64,000 nucleotides of DNA from a virus (IMGVR_UViG_3300046779_001841:96001-160000), one strand, 5' to 3'; numbered from the stretch's first letter, positions 8,975 to 18,134 are shown. Program-made: numbers and translations. The notes: generated by a model from the letters alone, not told the origin.

Positions 8975-9781
8975 ATGCAAGACTTTAACAAAGAAATCAA
9001 AAACACCATTAAACAAGAAATGTTGTCTTTATTAGAAACAGTGTCACCAATCAAGAGTAGTGATTTTAAAAATCAAGTCTTAGAAAGACTTGGTTTAACA
9101 AGAGATCAATTTGGATTTGAAAATTCTGGTGCATCTAAACTTGAAAAGTTTATTAGTAATGAGTTTTGGAAATTAAAACAAGAAGGTAAAGTAGAGCAAG
9201 ATGGTTCCACTTGGATTTTTGTAAATCCTGGTGTTCAAAATCCTGGTGTTCAAAATCCAGTGGTTCAAAATATGATTACATATATAGAAGAAGATCAAGA
9301 AGATGATGAAGATGAAAATCAAAAACCTGTAGTGAATATTGCAGACCTGGTTAATCCAGCATTAAGCAATAAATTACTTGCTTGTGATGGATATAGAAAT
9401 TCTTTAATAGAAAACACACCATGCTTTGGAATGTTTGATAAAACACAATGTCATGGTTGTATGCTGGCTTTCTGGTGCAGTCCATTTACTGGTGAAAAGA
9501 AAGCAGAAAAGAAAGCAGAAAGACAAGCTAAAAAACAAGTCAAGACTGCTAAAGAAGTTCTTTTAGAAAAATATGCAGATAAAAAAGAAACATTAGAAAA
9601 CTTATTGTCATTGATCAATCATGCAGTGAAAATCCCCAACAACAGCACTAATCAAATCAAATGTTTTTTTGATGCACAAACAACAATCAATCCACAAGAA
9701 GATTGTATGTTTGTAAAAAACTTTGGTGTGGTCTCTATGAAAGTCTTTACTGAATTAAAAGATGCTGGTCTTGTTAAATGA
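8975..9781 (+). CDS. Mrr_N-like winged-helix protein with 4-Cys motif
   Basis: start reset to 8975 (RBS); N-terminal wHTH-like pattern; NPGVQ x3; PCFG.F...QC.GC.L..WC. Confidence 0.55.
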   Translation: MQDFNKEIKNTIKQEMLSLLETVSPIKSSDFKNQVLERLGLTRDQFGFENSGASKLEKFISNEFWKLKQEGKVEQDGSTWIFVNPGVQNPGVQNPVVQNMITYIEEDQEDDEDENQKPVVNIADLVNPALSNKLLACDGYRNSLIENTPCFGMFDKTQCHGCMLAFWCSPFTGEKKAEKKAERQAKKQVKTAKEVLLEKYADKKETLENLLSLINHAVKIPNNSTNQIKCFFDAQTTINPQEDCMFVKNFGVVSMKVFTELKDAGLVK

Positions 9782-9797
9782 AAAATTTTTTTCATTC

Positions 9798-9846
9798 GTT
9801 GCAAAGGTAGCAAATCGTCAAGTGTTATAAGAATGTCGATAACGAC
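9798..9846 (+). promoter_or_regulatory. 49-bp element
   Basis: matches consensus. Confidence 0.8.
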
Positions 9847-9871
9847 TAACCCTAAAAAAAGGAAAAATCAA

Positions 9872-10894
9872 ATGGCAGTATCAAGAACTCCAGTTTTAAA
9901 TGTAAATGGCTTTAACAAATCTTTCAGTGGTATCACTGCTCAAGTCAATCCTATCACTGATATTGAATTAAAGAAAGCTAATGCTTTTGCACCAGCTATT
10001 AAGCACTATGTACCTACAACAGATAGATGGGTTCAACTTGCAGTCATGACTGCTTTAAAGTCAAAAAAACATTTGTATGTGCATGGTAAAGCTGGTTCTG
10101 GTAAAGATGCTTTATTTCAACAAGTAGCAAATCAATATAGAATACCATTCATCAATCTATCTTTCAAAGAAGGTATTGATGTTAATGAGTGGATTGTAAG
10201 AAGAGAAATAAAAGCAGAAGCTGGTGGTTTCTCAACCAAAGTTGAAGAAGGTGTCTTGTTAAAAGCAATTAAAGGTTTTCAAACTCAAGATGGTAGTTTA
10301 ATTCCATACATGATTTTGATCAGTGATATGGATAGAGCATTGCCAAGTCAATTAGAAATCTTAAGACAAGCCTTACAAGAAGGTACAAGTGCATACTTGA
10401 TCAATCCTATTGATGGTGAACCTATCAATGTATTACAAGGTACTTTGTTTGTAATGACTGGTAACAGTGCTTTAGATGGTGATCTTAGAGGAAACATGGT
10501 ATCAAATAGACTTGATGCAAGTATCTTGAACAGATTGGTCTGTATTAGAGCAACCAATCCAACTGATGCTTTCTTTGTGAAAATCCTAGCTAATGAGTTT
10601 CCTACCTTAACACAAGATCAATGCCAGTTGTTAATCACTTGCATGAATGCAACTAGCAAGATGGCAGAAGAACTTGCACTACCTATTGAAATTTCAATTA
10701 GAACTACCAAGGCTTGGGCAAGACTTGCTATTGATAGTTTAGATTGTGGTTTAGCTAAAAACTTTAAACAAGCTATCCAATTTGGTTTTGATGGTGTGAT
10801 TGATGGTTTCTTTAGCAATCCTGCTCAAGCAGAAAGCATTAGAGGTGCAATAGATAATATTGTAGGTGGTAGTGCAGAAGCAGTTAATTCTTAA
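9872..10894 (+). CDS. MoxR/CobS-like AAA+ ATPase
   Basis: Walker A GKAGSGK, atypical Walker B LISDMDRA, LDASILNRL Arg-finger, SIR sensor II; start reset to 9872. Confidence 0.85.
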   Translation: MAVSRTPVLNVNGFNKSFSGITAQVNPITDIELKKANAFAPAIKHYVPTTDRWVQLAVMTALKSKKHLYVHGKAGSGKDALFQQVANQYRIPFINLSFKEGIDVNEWIVRREIKAEAGGFSTKVEEGVLLKAIKGFQTQDGSLIPYMILISDMDRALPSQLEILRQALQEGTSAYLINPIDGEPINVLQGTLFVMTGNSALDGDLRGNMVSNRLDASILNRLVCIRATNPTDAFFVKILANEFPTLTQDQCQLLITCMNATSKMAEELALPIEISIRTTKAWARLAIDSLDCGLAKNFKQAIQFGFDGVIDGFFSNPAQAESIRGAIDNIVGGSAEAVNS

Positions 10895-10908
10895 AAATCT
10901 TTTTCATG

Positions 10909-10957
10909 ATTGCAAAGACTGCTTAAGCATAAGTGTTATAAGAATGTCGATAACGAC
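10909..10957 (+). promoter_or_regulatory. 49-bp element
   Basis: matches consensus. Confidence 0.8.
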
Positions 10958-10980
10958 TTAACAAAAAAAAGGAAAATAAA

Positions 10981-11835
10981 ATGGCTTTTGATTATCAAGC
11001 ATTTAGAGAAGATTTAAAAAAATATGCAGTCATTAAGACCAATGATCTAAGAAGATTGCTAATTGATGAACAAAACAAAAAAACATTCACAAAGAATGGT
11101 TTGTCATTAAATGGTAGAGGTCTTGTGAATACTGCTATTGCAGTTGCCAATTCAAGAGAAAATCTTGATAGGTATAAAACATTCCAACAAAAACAAACCA
11201 CTTTGGCAGGTTTTTCATTTGCATTTGATTTTTCAGCATCTATGAATAGTGCTATTGAAGAACAAAGAGGTTTACCAATTCCAGCCAGTGCTAATAAAAT
11301 CTCAAGATATAGAGCATTAGTGTATGCTATGGAAAGTCTATTGAATGTAATCACTCCATTTGGAATAAAATCCTATATAGGTGGTGTGTTATTTGAAAAT
11401 AGTAGAGAACATAGAAATCAATTCACTACCAGCACTGATAGCATTCAAATCAATTTAAAAGTCATTAAAAAAGACACTGAAAGATTTGATATTCAAAAAG
11501 CATTTACAGGAACTCAACCTAACAATAATACCTATCTTTGTGCTTATGCTCAAGGTGCCATAGAAATGGCAAAAAGAATTAAGGGTGTGGATAAAAGAAT
11601 TGCTATCTATATGACTGATGGTGATGATGGTGCTTCTATGCCTTATCTCAAATCTATTCAAGACCAAGCCAAAGCACAAGGTATTGATCTTATTTGTTGC
11701 ACTTTAAAATGTGGTGTTTCTCAAAAAACTATTGATCTATTAAAAAATCAAGGTGTAAATCTTATTTGCATTAATGATCCATTAGATTTTATAAGTGCTT
11801 TAACTGATGTTCTCAAAAACATTTATCTTGCTTAA
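10981..11835 (+). CDS. VWA-domain protein (CobT C-terminal-like)
   Basis: MIDAS DFSAS and MTDG; follows the AAA gene. Confidence 0.8.
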   Translation: MAFDYQAFREDLKKYAVIKTNDLRRLLIDEQNKKTFTKNGLSLNGRGLVNTAIAVANSRENLDRYKTFQQKQTTLAGFSFAFDFSASMNSAIEEQRGLPIPASANKISRYRALVYAMESLLNVITPFGIKSYIGGVLFENSREHRNQFTTSTDSIQINLKVIKKDTERFDIQKAFTGTQPNNNTYLCAYAQGAIEMAKRIKGVDKRIAIYMTDGDDGASMPYLKSIQDQAKAQGIDLICCTLKCGVSQKTIDLLKNQGVNLICINDPLDFISALTDVLKNIYLA

Positions 11836-11850
11836 AGGAATTAAAAAACC

Positions 11851-12708
11851 ATGACTTCTTTCTCATTCAAAACATTTTTAAAAGTTGCCAATAAAGATGA
11901 ATTAAAAGCACTCGCAGAAAATTCATCACACATAAATGACTTGTGTAGCAAACTCAATCTCAAGTATAGTCAAGTAAAATACTTATACAGGAAAATAGGT
12001 ATAGACTTGCACTTTTCTAAAAAAGAAAAAAACCTTGTTGCTAATCCATCTCTGGATATACCTAAAGAAACTCTTGTATCAATGGCTGGAAAACCTTTAC
12101 AAAGAGTTTCTTTAGATCTTAAACTCAAACCAAAGAAAGTTAAAGAACTTTTTGCTAAACATGGTTTACCTATACCTGTTAAAGCAAATAATTTTGCTAC
12201 CAGTTGTCCTATCTCAAAAGAAGATCTGGAATACCAGTACTTAACTTTAAATCAATCTTTATCTGCACTTGGTGAAAAATATGATGTCAGTAAGCAACTT
12301 GTTGCCAACTGGTGTGTTTTCTATAACATACCTGTTAGAAATGCTGGTTTCTTTTCACCAGTACATTCAAACTCTAATATCTATAAGCATCCTATCTGGA
12401 ACTTAACAAATGAAGAATTTCTTTTACAAGTAAAACAATATTCTTGTATAAGTGAATTTTGTAAGTCACAAGATATTTCTGCTAATTTGTTTTACAGATT
12501 TTTAGATGAAAGAAAAATACCATCACCATTTCCTAGAAATAAACTTACTACACTCACAAAAGAATATTTGCTGGATCTTTACTTGAATAAAGATATGACT
12601 TTAAAGCAAATAGCAGAACATGAAAATTGCCATTTACAAACTATCAATAGGTATTTCAAAGCATTTGACATTAATGCTGGTCTTAAAAGAAAATTACAAA
12701 AAATTTAA
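11851..12708 (+). CDS. multi-HTH DNA-binding protein
   Basis: repeated units such as YLTLNQSLSALGEKYDVSKQLVANW and YLNKDMTLKQIAEHENCHLQTINRY; no nuclease motif seen. Confidence 0.6.
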   Translation: MTSFSFKTFLKVANKDELKALAENSSHINDLCSKLNLKYSQVKYLYRKIGIDLHFSKKEKNLVANPSLDIPKETLVSMAGKPLQRVSLDLKLKPKKVKELFAKHGLPIPVKANNFATSCPISKEDLEYQYLTLNQSLSALGEKYDVSKQLVANWCVFYNIPVRNAGFFSPVHSNSNIYKHPIWNLTNEEFLLQVKQYSCISEFCKSQDISANLFYRFLDERKIPSPFPRNKLTTLTKEYLLDLYLNKDMTLKQIAEHENCHLQTINRYFKAFDINAGLKRKLQKI

Positions 12709-12712
12709 GTAT

Positions 12713-12761
12713 GTTGCAAAGGTGGCTTAATGACAAGTGTTATATATATGTCGATGATGAC
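12713..12761 (+). promoter_or_regulatory. 49-bp element
   Basis: matches consensus. Confidence 0.8.
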
Positions 12762-12784
12762 AAATAAACCACTTGGAGCTAAAA

Positions 12785-13126
12785 ATGAAAAGCACTATTC
12801 AAATTAAAGACTATACCTGCACTAGAACTCTTATGAATGGTAATGCAACTTATAGTTGCACTTGTCCTGCATGGTCTAGTGCTTTACAAAGAGGTGTGCC
12901 TTGTAAGCATATTCTTTCCATTCTTTTCACTGGTTGTGATGTTGCTAAATGGGAACACATAAGAATGACTTTTGCAAAGCAATTTAATATGAATAATAGC
13001 AAAGCAGAAGTCATTCTTGGTAAAGGTTTGAGATATAATGAACCAGCAGTCTTGGAATGGTATGTAGAATACCAAAGATCCCAAATAAAAGAAATTCCCA
13101 AAGAATTTGCTATTGGTCAAATTTAG
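12785..13126 (+). CDS. SWIM zinc-finger protein
   Basis: CTCP...PCKH (CxC...CxH). Confidence 0.75.
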   Translation: MKSTIQIKDYTCTRTLMNGNATYSCTCPAWSSALQRGVPCKHILSILFTGCDVAKWEHIRMTFAKQFNMNNSKAEVILGKGLRYNEPAVLEWYVEYQRSQIKEIPKEFAIGQI

Positions 13127-13907
13127 ATTTTAAATAAGTAGAAGCTACTCTTTTTGCCATAGCAGTCATATTCAAAGGAATGTTAAAAGTTACTCCACCG
13201 CCCCAGCTTGTGCCTGGTGTTGAAAATGATGTAGTGGTTTTGCCAGTTTGATGATCGCAACCTAAACCACTTGGTTGGTGTGGTCGTGTTGAATGTGCAG
13301 TGATTAGCAATAATCTATTAAATATTTCATAAGGCTGTTGAGCATTTAGATTTAGATTTTCTACTGCAAATACATACTTCACATTGTTTAGAACCAATTC
13401 AAAGCAATCTTTCTTTTCGCTTCTTTTTCTTACTATATCACTACAATAAGTCATACCTCTAACATTTACTGGTGGATTATTGATTAAGGTAAAACCATCT
13501 GGTGATACTTCATAATTCAATGTCATATACTGCTTATATAATGGTATAAAAGTTTTCACTGCATCCTGTGCATCTTTTAAAGTTACACCACGAAAATCCA
13601 TCATCATTTGACCATGTTGTTCAATCTGGACTTCTTTAAAACAAGTTGTTTCATCACCAGTAGGTGTAAACTTAAGAATAGAATAAGCATTTTGTTCGAT
13701 GGTTTGTTTCTTTGGGTAAATATCCACTCTTTTTTTATTTTGAGCATCCGAAATCCAAGTGTTAAAATGTGGATAACCTGGTTTATACTTTTTATGAACA
13801 CGGTGCTTTACTAGACACCAACCACCAGCATCATTTTCAGAACCTATTCCTGGTGTTAAATCTGCACCTGCAAAAGATCTTTTTCTTAATGTCATTTTTT
13901 TCTCCAT
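13110..13907 (-). CDS. hypothetical protein (KRVASTYL C-terminus)
   Basis: 265-aa ORF; weak Smr-like DFRGVTLKDA segment. Confidence 0.65.
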   Translation of the reverse strand: MEKKMTLRKRSFAGADLTPGIGSENDAGGWCLVKHRVHKKYKPGYPHFNTWISDAQNKKRVDIYPKKQTIEQNAYSILKFTPTGDETTCFKEVQIEQHGQMMMDFRGVTLKDAQDAVKTFIPLYKQYMTLNYEVSPDGFTLINNPPVNVRGMTYCSDIVRKRSEKKDCFELVLNNVKYVFAVENLNLNAQQPYEIFNRLLLITAHSTRPHQPSGLGCDHQTGKTTTSFSTPGTSWGGGVTFNIPLNMTAMAKRVASTYLKSKFDQ

Positions 13908-13970
13908 CTTCTAATAGAAATCATACTCTTAAATAGAAACATAAATAAAATATTAAATTTTTTTACTTTC

Positions 13971-14019
13971 GTTGCAATAAAAGCACCATGACAAGTGTTA
14001 TAGATATGTCAATAATGAC
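13971..14019 (+). promoter_or_regulatory. 49-bp element
   Basis: matches consensus. Confidence 0.8.
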
Positions 14020-14037
14020 AATCAAAGGATCATAGAT

Positions 14038-14598
14038 ATGTTTCAAACAACATCCAAAAATGCACCTAACTGGTATCCACATATTGAACTAGACCATAAT
14101 GTGTCTTTTCAAAGAAACCACTGTTCTTTAACTGTATTTCCCAATCTTTTTGTTGAAGATAAGAAAGGTGAAATTACACTAGACTGCTATGGTCTTAGAT
14201 ATAAACACTTTGACAAATTTCAAGTCAATATTGTTGATGGTCAAACAGAAAAAATTCAAACTGCTTTGTTTCCAGTTGGTCATCCTACTGGCAGTGAAAA
14301 ATATCAACATATCAGTATCAAACCTACCAGTGAAAAAGGTGTTATCCAAATCACTGATAGCTTTGAAACACACTCTTTATCTTGGCACATGACTAATGAA
14401 TATATCTTTTTGCAATATGGTGATTTTAAAACCATGATCCATTTTGAAGATGGTGTGATTGATATTCCAAATGAAAAAGCCAATGATGATTACATAGATT
14501 TCTTAAAGTTAGCTAAAACAAAAACAGATGATCCTGAATTACTGCAAATGTATGATAGACATATAGCTAGAGTAAATGAAAGGAATAATCTAAATTAA
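14038..14598 (+). CDS. hypothetical protein, paralog of 17107..17649
   Basis: shared NAP, L..(Y/F)GL.YK, IV(D/E)G, ITD.F and GVID motifs. Confidence 0.8.
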   Translation: MFQTTSKNAPNWYPHIELDHNVSFQRNHCSLTVFPNLFVEDKKGEITLDCYGLRYKHFDKFQVNIVDGQTEKIQTALFPVGHPTGSEKYQHISIKPTSEKGVIQITDSFETHSLSWHMTNEYIFLQYGDFKTMIHFEDGVIDIPNEKANDDYIDFLKLAKTKTDDPELLQMYDRHIARVNERNNLN

Positions 14599-15542
14599 AG
14601 ATTAACTCTCCAACCTTCTATTTGTTCTACTTCTGTTGCAGGTCGCAACATCGCTTTATTGTTCATCTCTAATTTTCTATTTAAAAATATTTTTGCATTA
14701 TTCATTCCAGACACCATTTGCTTTAATGTCATATAGGTATCGATAAAATTATGCAAATACAATTTATGCACCATGTGATATTCAAAGCCATATAAAGACA
14801 TAAACTTCTTCCTTACCATATCATCATAGTCTTTTGCTTTATTCACAAAAGCAGGGAACTCAGGTAGGAAATTTTTTAGCTGGATTAAAACATCTTCTAT
14901 ATAGTTCAATTTACCTAGATAGGTATATAAAAAGATTTCTTTCGCTTGATGAAAGCCTTTAAGTGTCTTTTTAAGCACATCTCCACTTAAAGTATTCGCT
15001 CTTCTATCTTGCTTATTAATAAGAATTTTAGTCTTATTCTTATCTGTTATCAACACTTGTTCTGGATATAAACGAACCTTATTCTTCTCTAAATTGAAAT
15101 TTACAAGTTCCTTATTCAATTCGATATTTTTTAAAAGTCCCACAATATTGGAATCTAATGGTTTTGCTCTAGGTATAGGATCATCTGTATGATTAGTATG
15201 TGTTATTGGTACAATCTTAGTTTGTGGGTCAGTCAATAAATCTTTATAAAAATAAGTTTCTAGCTTGGGTGGTAAAAACATTTCTAATTTTTTTACAGTA
15301 TCTCTGTATGAATATCCAAATTGCTTTTCAAAACTAATGCTAAATTTAGCATCTTTATCTTGTTCTTTTTGATTTAGATTTCTCAAGTCTTTTACTGCAA
15401 TAGAAAATTCATTTAGCAGGTAGCTTAGTTCATCTAGTAAAGAAAAATACTTGATGATGCTTTTCTTTTTATCTTCATGGTATTTCAATATCGTATTGTT
15501 TAAAACACCTATGTTGAGATTACTTCTTCTTATTTTCTTCAT
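14595..15542 (-). CDS. helical protein, RR-S/A-N leader family, internally duplicated
   Basis: MKKIRRSN start; two F...(F/Y)G(Y/F).Y units. Confidence 0.7.
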   Translation of the reverse strand: MKKIRRSNLNIGVLNNTILKYHEDKKKSIIKYFSLLDELSYLLNEFSIAVKDLRNLNQKEQDKDAKFSISFEKQFGYSYRDTVKKLEMFLPPKLETYFYKDLLTDPQTKIVPITHTNHTDDPIPRAKPLDSNIVGLLKNIELNKELVNFNLEKNKVRLYPEQVLITDKNKTKILINKQDRRANTLSGDVLKKTLKGFHQAKEIFLYTYLGKLNYIEDVLIQLKNFLPEFPAFVNKAKDYDDMVRKKFMSLYGFEYHMVHKLYLHNFIDTYMTLKQMVSGMNNAKIFLNRKLEMNNKAMLRPATEVEQIEGWRVNL

Positions 15543-15554
15543 TCTTCTCTCTCT

Positions 15555-16058
15555 TTAAAAGTAAAAACGACCTTTGTCGAGTTGTATCTCACTATTGCTA
15601 ATTTCTTTTATAGGTTCTATTTTTTGTAGGTTATTTTTGATTTTATCTTGTGATCTTTCAACACCTTCTAAAGTCCTTTTCAATTTCTTTTCTAAAGCAA
15701 TAAAGGCTCTTTCATTTGGTTTTTTCTTTCCATCAAAAGATTTACTTTCATCTACATAAAAGAAATTGTTCAGAACATTAAATACTTGATGAATCATTGA
15801 AACACCAGTCCATTTATATCCATACATTTCTTCAAAATGATCTCTAAAAATCTGATGCTCTGCTTCAGTAATCGCATGATACGAATTAAAATCGTCCAGC
15901 AATTCTTTAAACTTTTTAAATAATGGTATCATCTGTTCAAGTTTGTCTTGTAGATATTCCAAATCTTGTAATTCTTTTTTATTATGTAATTCAATTTGCT
16001 TTTTCGCAGAACTTATATCGATTGTGTTCGATCTTCTTCTTTTAAATGTTCTTCTCAT
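15555..16058 (-). CDS. helical protein, RR-S/A-N leader family
   Basis: MRRTFKRRRSNT; start reset to 16058 (ATGA coupling). Confidence 0.75.
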   Translation of the reverse strand: MRRTFKRRRSNTIDISSAKKQIELHNKKELQDLEYLQDKLEQMIPLFKKFKELLDDFNSYHAITEAEHQIFRDHFEEMYGYKWTGVSMIHQVFNVLNNFFYVDESKSFDGKKKPNERAFIALEKKLKRTLEGVERSQDKIKNNLQKIEPIKEISNSEIQLDKGRFYF

Positions 16059-16552
16059 TTTCTTTTCCAATATTTCAAAGGTTCTAAGATTTGAAACTCA
16101 GGTATATCGTCAACAGTAACATTTGATACTGATGTTATTTCTTTTTTAAGTTTTTCTAAAGACCAGTCAATATTAGATTGTACTTTTTCAAGTTTCTCAA
16201 AATATTGTTCAAAAAACAAAGGTAGGTTCTCAGGATATACTGGTCGATCTAAGATAAAAAATTTCTTTAAAGGTGTGTTTACTACAGATACTCTGGAATT
16301 TCTTTGATAATTATGACCATACATATCTCTAAACTTCTTTTTAAAAGTATCATGCTCTTCACCTGCAATATCACTTAATGTTGTAAATGCTAATAAATGC
16401 TCTTCAAATTTCTTGAAATGCGAAACCATCTGGTTTAGATGTTCTTGTAACACATTTAAATCTTGTATTTCTTTTTTCGTATGTAATTGCAAGACACTTT
16501 TTGCATGAGTTGCATCTAAAGTATTTGCTCTTCTTCTTAATGTTCTTCTCAT
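16055..16552 (-). CDS. helical protein, RR-S/A-N leader family
   Basis: MRRTLRRRANT after AGGAG RBS; start reset to 16552; LH.KKE.QDL and F..MYG shared with the neighbour. Confidence 0.75.
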   Translation of the reverse strand: MRRTLRRRANTLDATHAKSVLQLHTKKEIQDLNVLQEHLNQMVSHFKKFEEHLLAFTTLSDIAGEEHDTFKKKFRDMYGHNYQRNSRVSVVNTPLKKFFILDRPVYPENLPLFFEQYFEKLEKVQSNIDWSLEKLKKEITSVSNVTVDDIPEFQILEPLKYWKRK

Positions 16553-16634
16553 CTTTTTTCTCCTATGAAATTTAAACTCATCTATATAAACATTATAAAA
16601 ATAATATAAGACTTCATATAAGAAAGGACTTATT

Positions 16635-17033
16635 ATGAAAAACCAAATTCTTGACACCATGCGACTTGCTTTTGTTATTAAACTTCTTGCCAAAGATATG
16701 TTTTTTACTCTTGCTCCACTTCCAGATTTTATCCAAACCAAAAACTCATCTTCGGGTGAATTAGACATCGATCTTCTTAAAGGCACACCTAAAGACTATA
16801 CCTACAAATTCTTTATTGCTAAAGATAGTAGCGAACTCGGTCAAGGCAATTTCTATGCGATTGAAGTTCTTCCCAATAGCAATCGTGTTCTAGTTACTCC
16901 ACATACATTGTATGAAGATACAGATGAAATTCTTCTTAATGATGACTGCATCATCTATAATGATGAAAATAAATTTGGTTGCAGTGAAGGTCTTTTTGAA
17001 AGTCTTAAATCTTTTTTTGAAAAAAAACAATAG
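16635..17033 (+). CDS. hypothetical protein
   Basis: AAAGGA RBS, 132 aa. Confidence 0.65.
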   Translation: MKNQILDTMRLAFVIKLLAKDMFFTLAPLPDFIQTKNSSSGELDIDLLKGTPKDYTYKFFIAKDSSELGQGNFYAIEVLPNSNRVLVTPHTLYEDTDEILLNDDCIIYNDENKFGCSEGLFESLKSFFEKKQ

Positions 17034-17035
17034 TC

Positions 17036-17084
17036 GTTGCAAAGGTAGCTTATCCTTAAGTGTTATATGTATGTCGATAATGAC
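17036..17084 (+). promoter_or_regulatory. 49-bp element
   Basis: matches consensus. Confidence 0.8.
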
Positions 17085-17106
17085 TAACACTTAAAGGATT
17101 TGAAAA

Positions 17107-17649
17107 ATGTTCAAATTTATGAATGACCATGACAATGCTCCATCTTTCAACACTGCTTCTTTTGAATTTGACAAAGATGTTGATTATTCTAAGGAAACAG
17201 GTCTTTCCACACATATCAATCTTTGTCTTACACATGATAACACTCCTGTTGTATTACTCAACTCCTTTGGTTTGAGTTATAAATATGGCAAGTCTTTTTC
17301 TATTTCTATTGTAGAAGGTGAACTTTCTAAACATCTTACAAAACAAATTGAACCAGATGGTCAATCTAATTATCTCTTTTTAGATAGTCCTAATGGTAAA
17401 ATTAAAATCACTGATGGTTTTAAAGTTTGTTATATCACTTGGACTATCTCTAATGATCAAGTTCAAATCACTACTTCTGAAGATGATAGTGTTATCATTG
17501 ATTTTCACAAAGGTGTTATTGATCCTAATATCTATAAATTTATTGACAATTTACTTGGTTTATTAGAAACCATGCCTGAACCTTTAAAACCAGGTATGTG
17601 GAAAAAGATTTCTAAACTTAGAGATACTTTTGGTCTTGTTAAACAATAA
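17107..17649 (+). CDS. hypothetical protein, paralog of 14038..14598
   Basis: shared NAP, L..(Y/F)GL.YK, IV(D/E)G, ITD.F and GVID motifs. Confidence 0.8.
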   Translation: MFKFMNDHDNAPSFNTASFEFDKDVDYSKETGLSTHINLCLTHDNTPVVLLNSFGLSYKYGKSFSISIVEGELSKHLTKQIEPDGQSNYLFLDSPNGKIKITDGFKVCYITWTISNDQVQITTSEDDSVIIDFHKGVIDPNIYKFIDNLLGLLETMPEPLKPGMWKKISKLRDTFGLVKQ

Positions 17650-17840
17650 TTAAATTCTATTTTCAGCTTTTCTGTTTTTCACAGTGTCTTTATTCCCATA
17701 GGCAGATACAATCTAAGTCATTGTTTTTATTCATTTCGCATTTTTTCATTTATATTAAACTAATTTAAAAGATTTACCAATTCCTATGTTTTGTTTTTCA
17801 TCTATTGCGAACATCTTATGCAAGATAAAAGGATGTTCGT

Positions 17841-18134
17841 ATGATAGAAAAACAAATAGACCATAATGAAATTATATCTATATGTGCAGGTGCTGGTTAC
17901 ATAGCTACTCAAATTGCACACTCATACCAATTCCAGTATCCTAAAATCTTCTCATTCACCAGTGCTTTGTTTGTTCTCTGGATTATCTATGATCCTGTTA
18001 TTCCTACCACTTCGGAATGGATACTCGCAGGTTTAACAGGTTTCTTTAGCAATCTCATAGTTGAGTTTATCCATAAACCTAACAACACTATCATATCTAA
18101 GCTAGATGCAATCTTAATGGAATTAAAAAAATGA
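17841..18134 (+). CDS. small multi-pass membrane protein
   Basis: 2-3 hydrophobic segments; ATGA overlap with the cyclase. Confidence 0.65.
   Translation: MIEKQIDHNEIISICAGAGYIATQIAHSYQFQYPKIFSFTSALFVLWIIYDPVIPTTSEWILAGLTGFFSNLIVEFIHKPNNTIISKLDAILMELKK

Larger units (their letters stand above)
8800..8977. repeat. perfect 18-bp inverted repeat flanking a divergent promoter pair
   Basis: CATTTGGTTCGTCCTTTG (8800-8817) and CAAAGGACGAACCAAATG (8960-8977); each arm is RBS plus ATG. Confidence 0.9.

Noticed and set aside
9833-9871. Leaderless or extended starts from the ATG within the element's ATGTC (ORF-track starts at 9833, 23455 and similar)
   Set aside because: That ATG is out of frame or hits a stop in other copies (10944, 14006, 17071), and strong AAGGA RBS sites mark downstream ATGs.
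13520-13610. Smr/MutS2-like nuclease domain in 13110..13907
   Set aside because: Only the DxxG.T...A segment matches; the downstream G.G motif is not evident.
17650-17840. tRNA or structured ncRNA in the larger intergenic gaps (also 24628-24830 and 55769-55891)
   Set aside because: T-rich sequence with no cloverleaf, T-loop consensus or stable GC stems visible.
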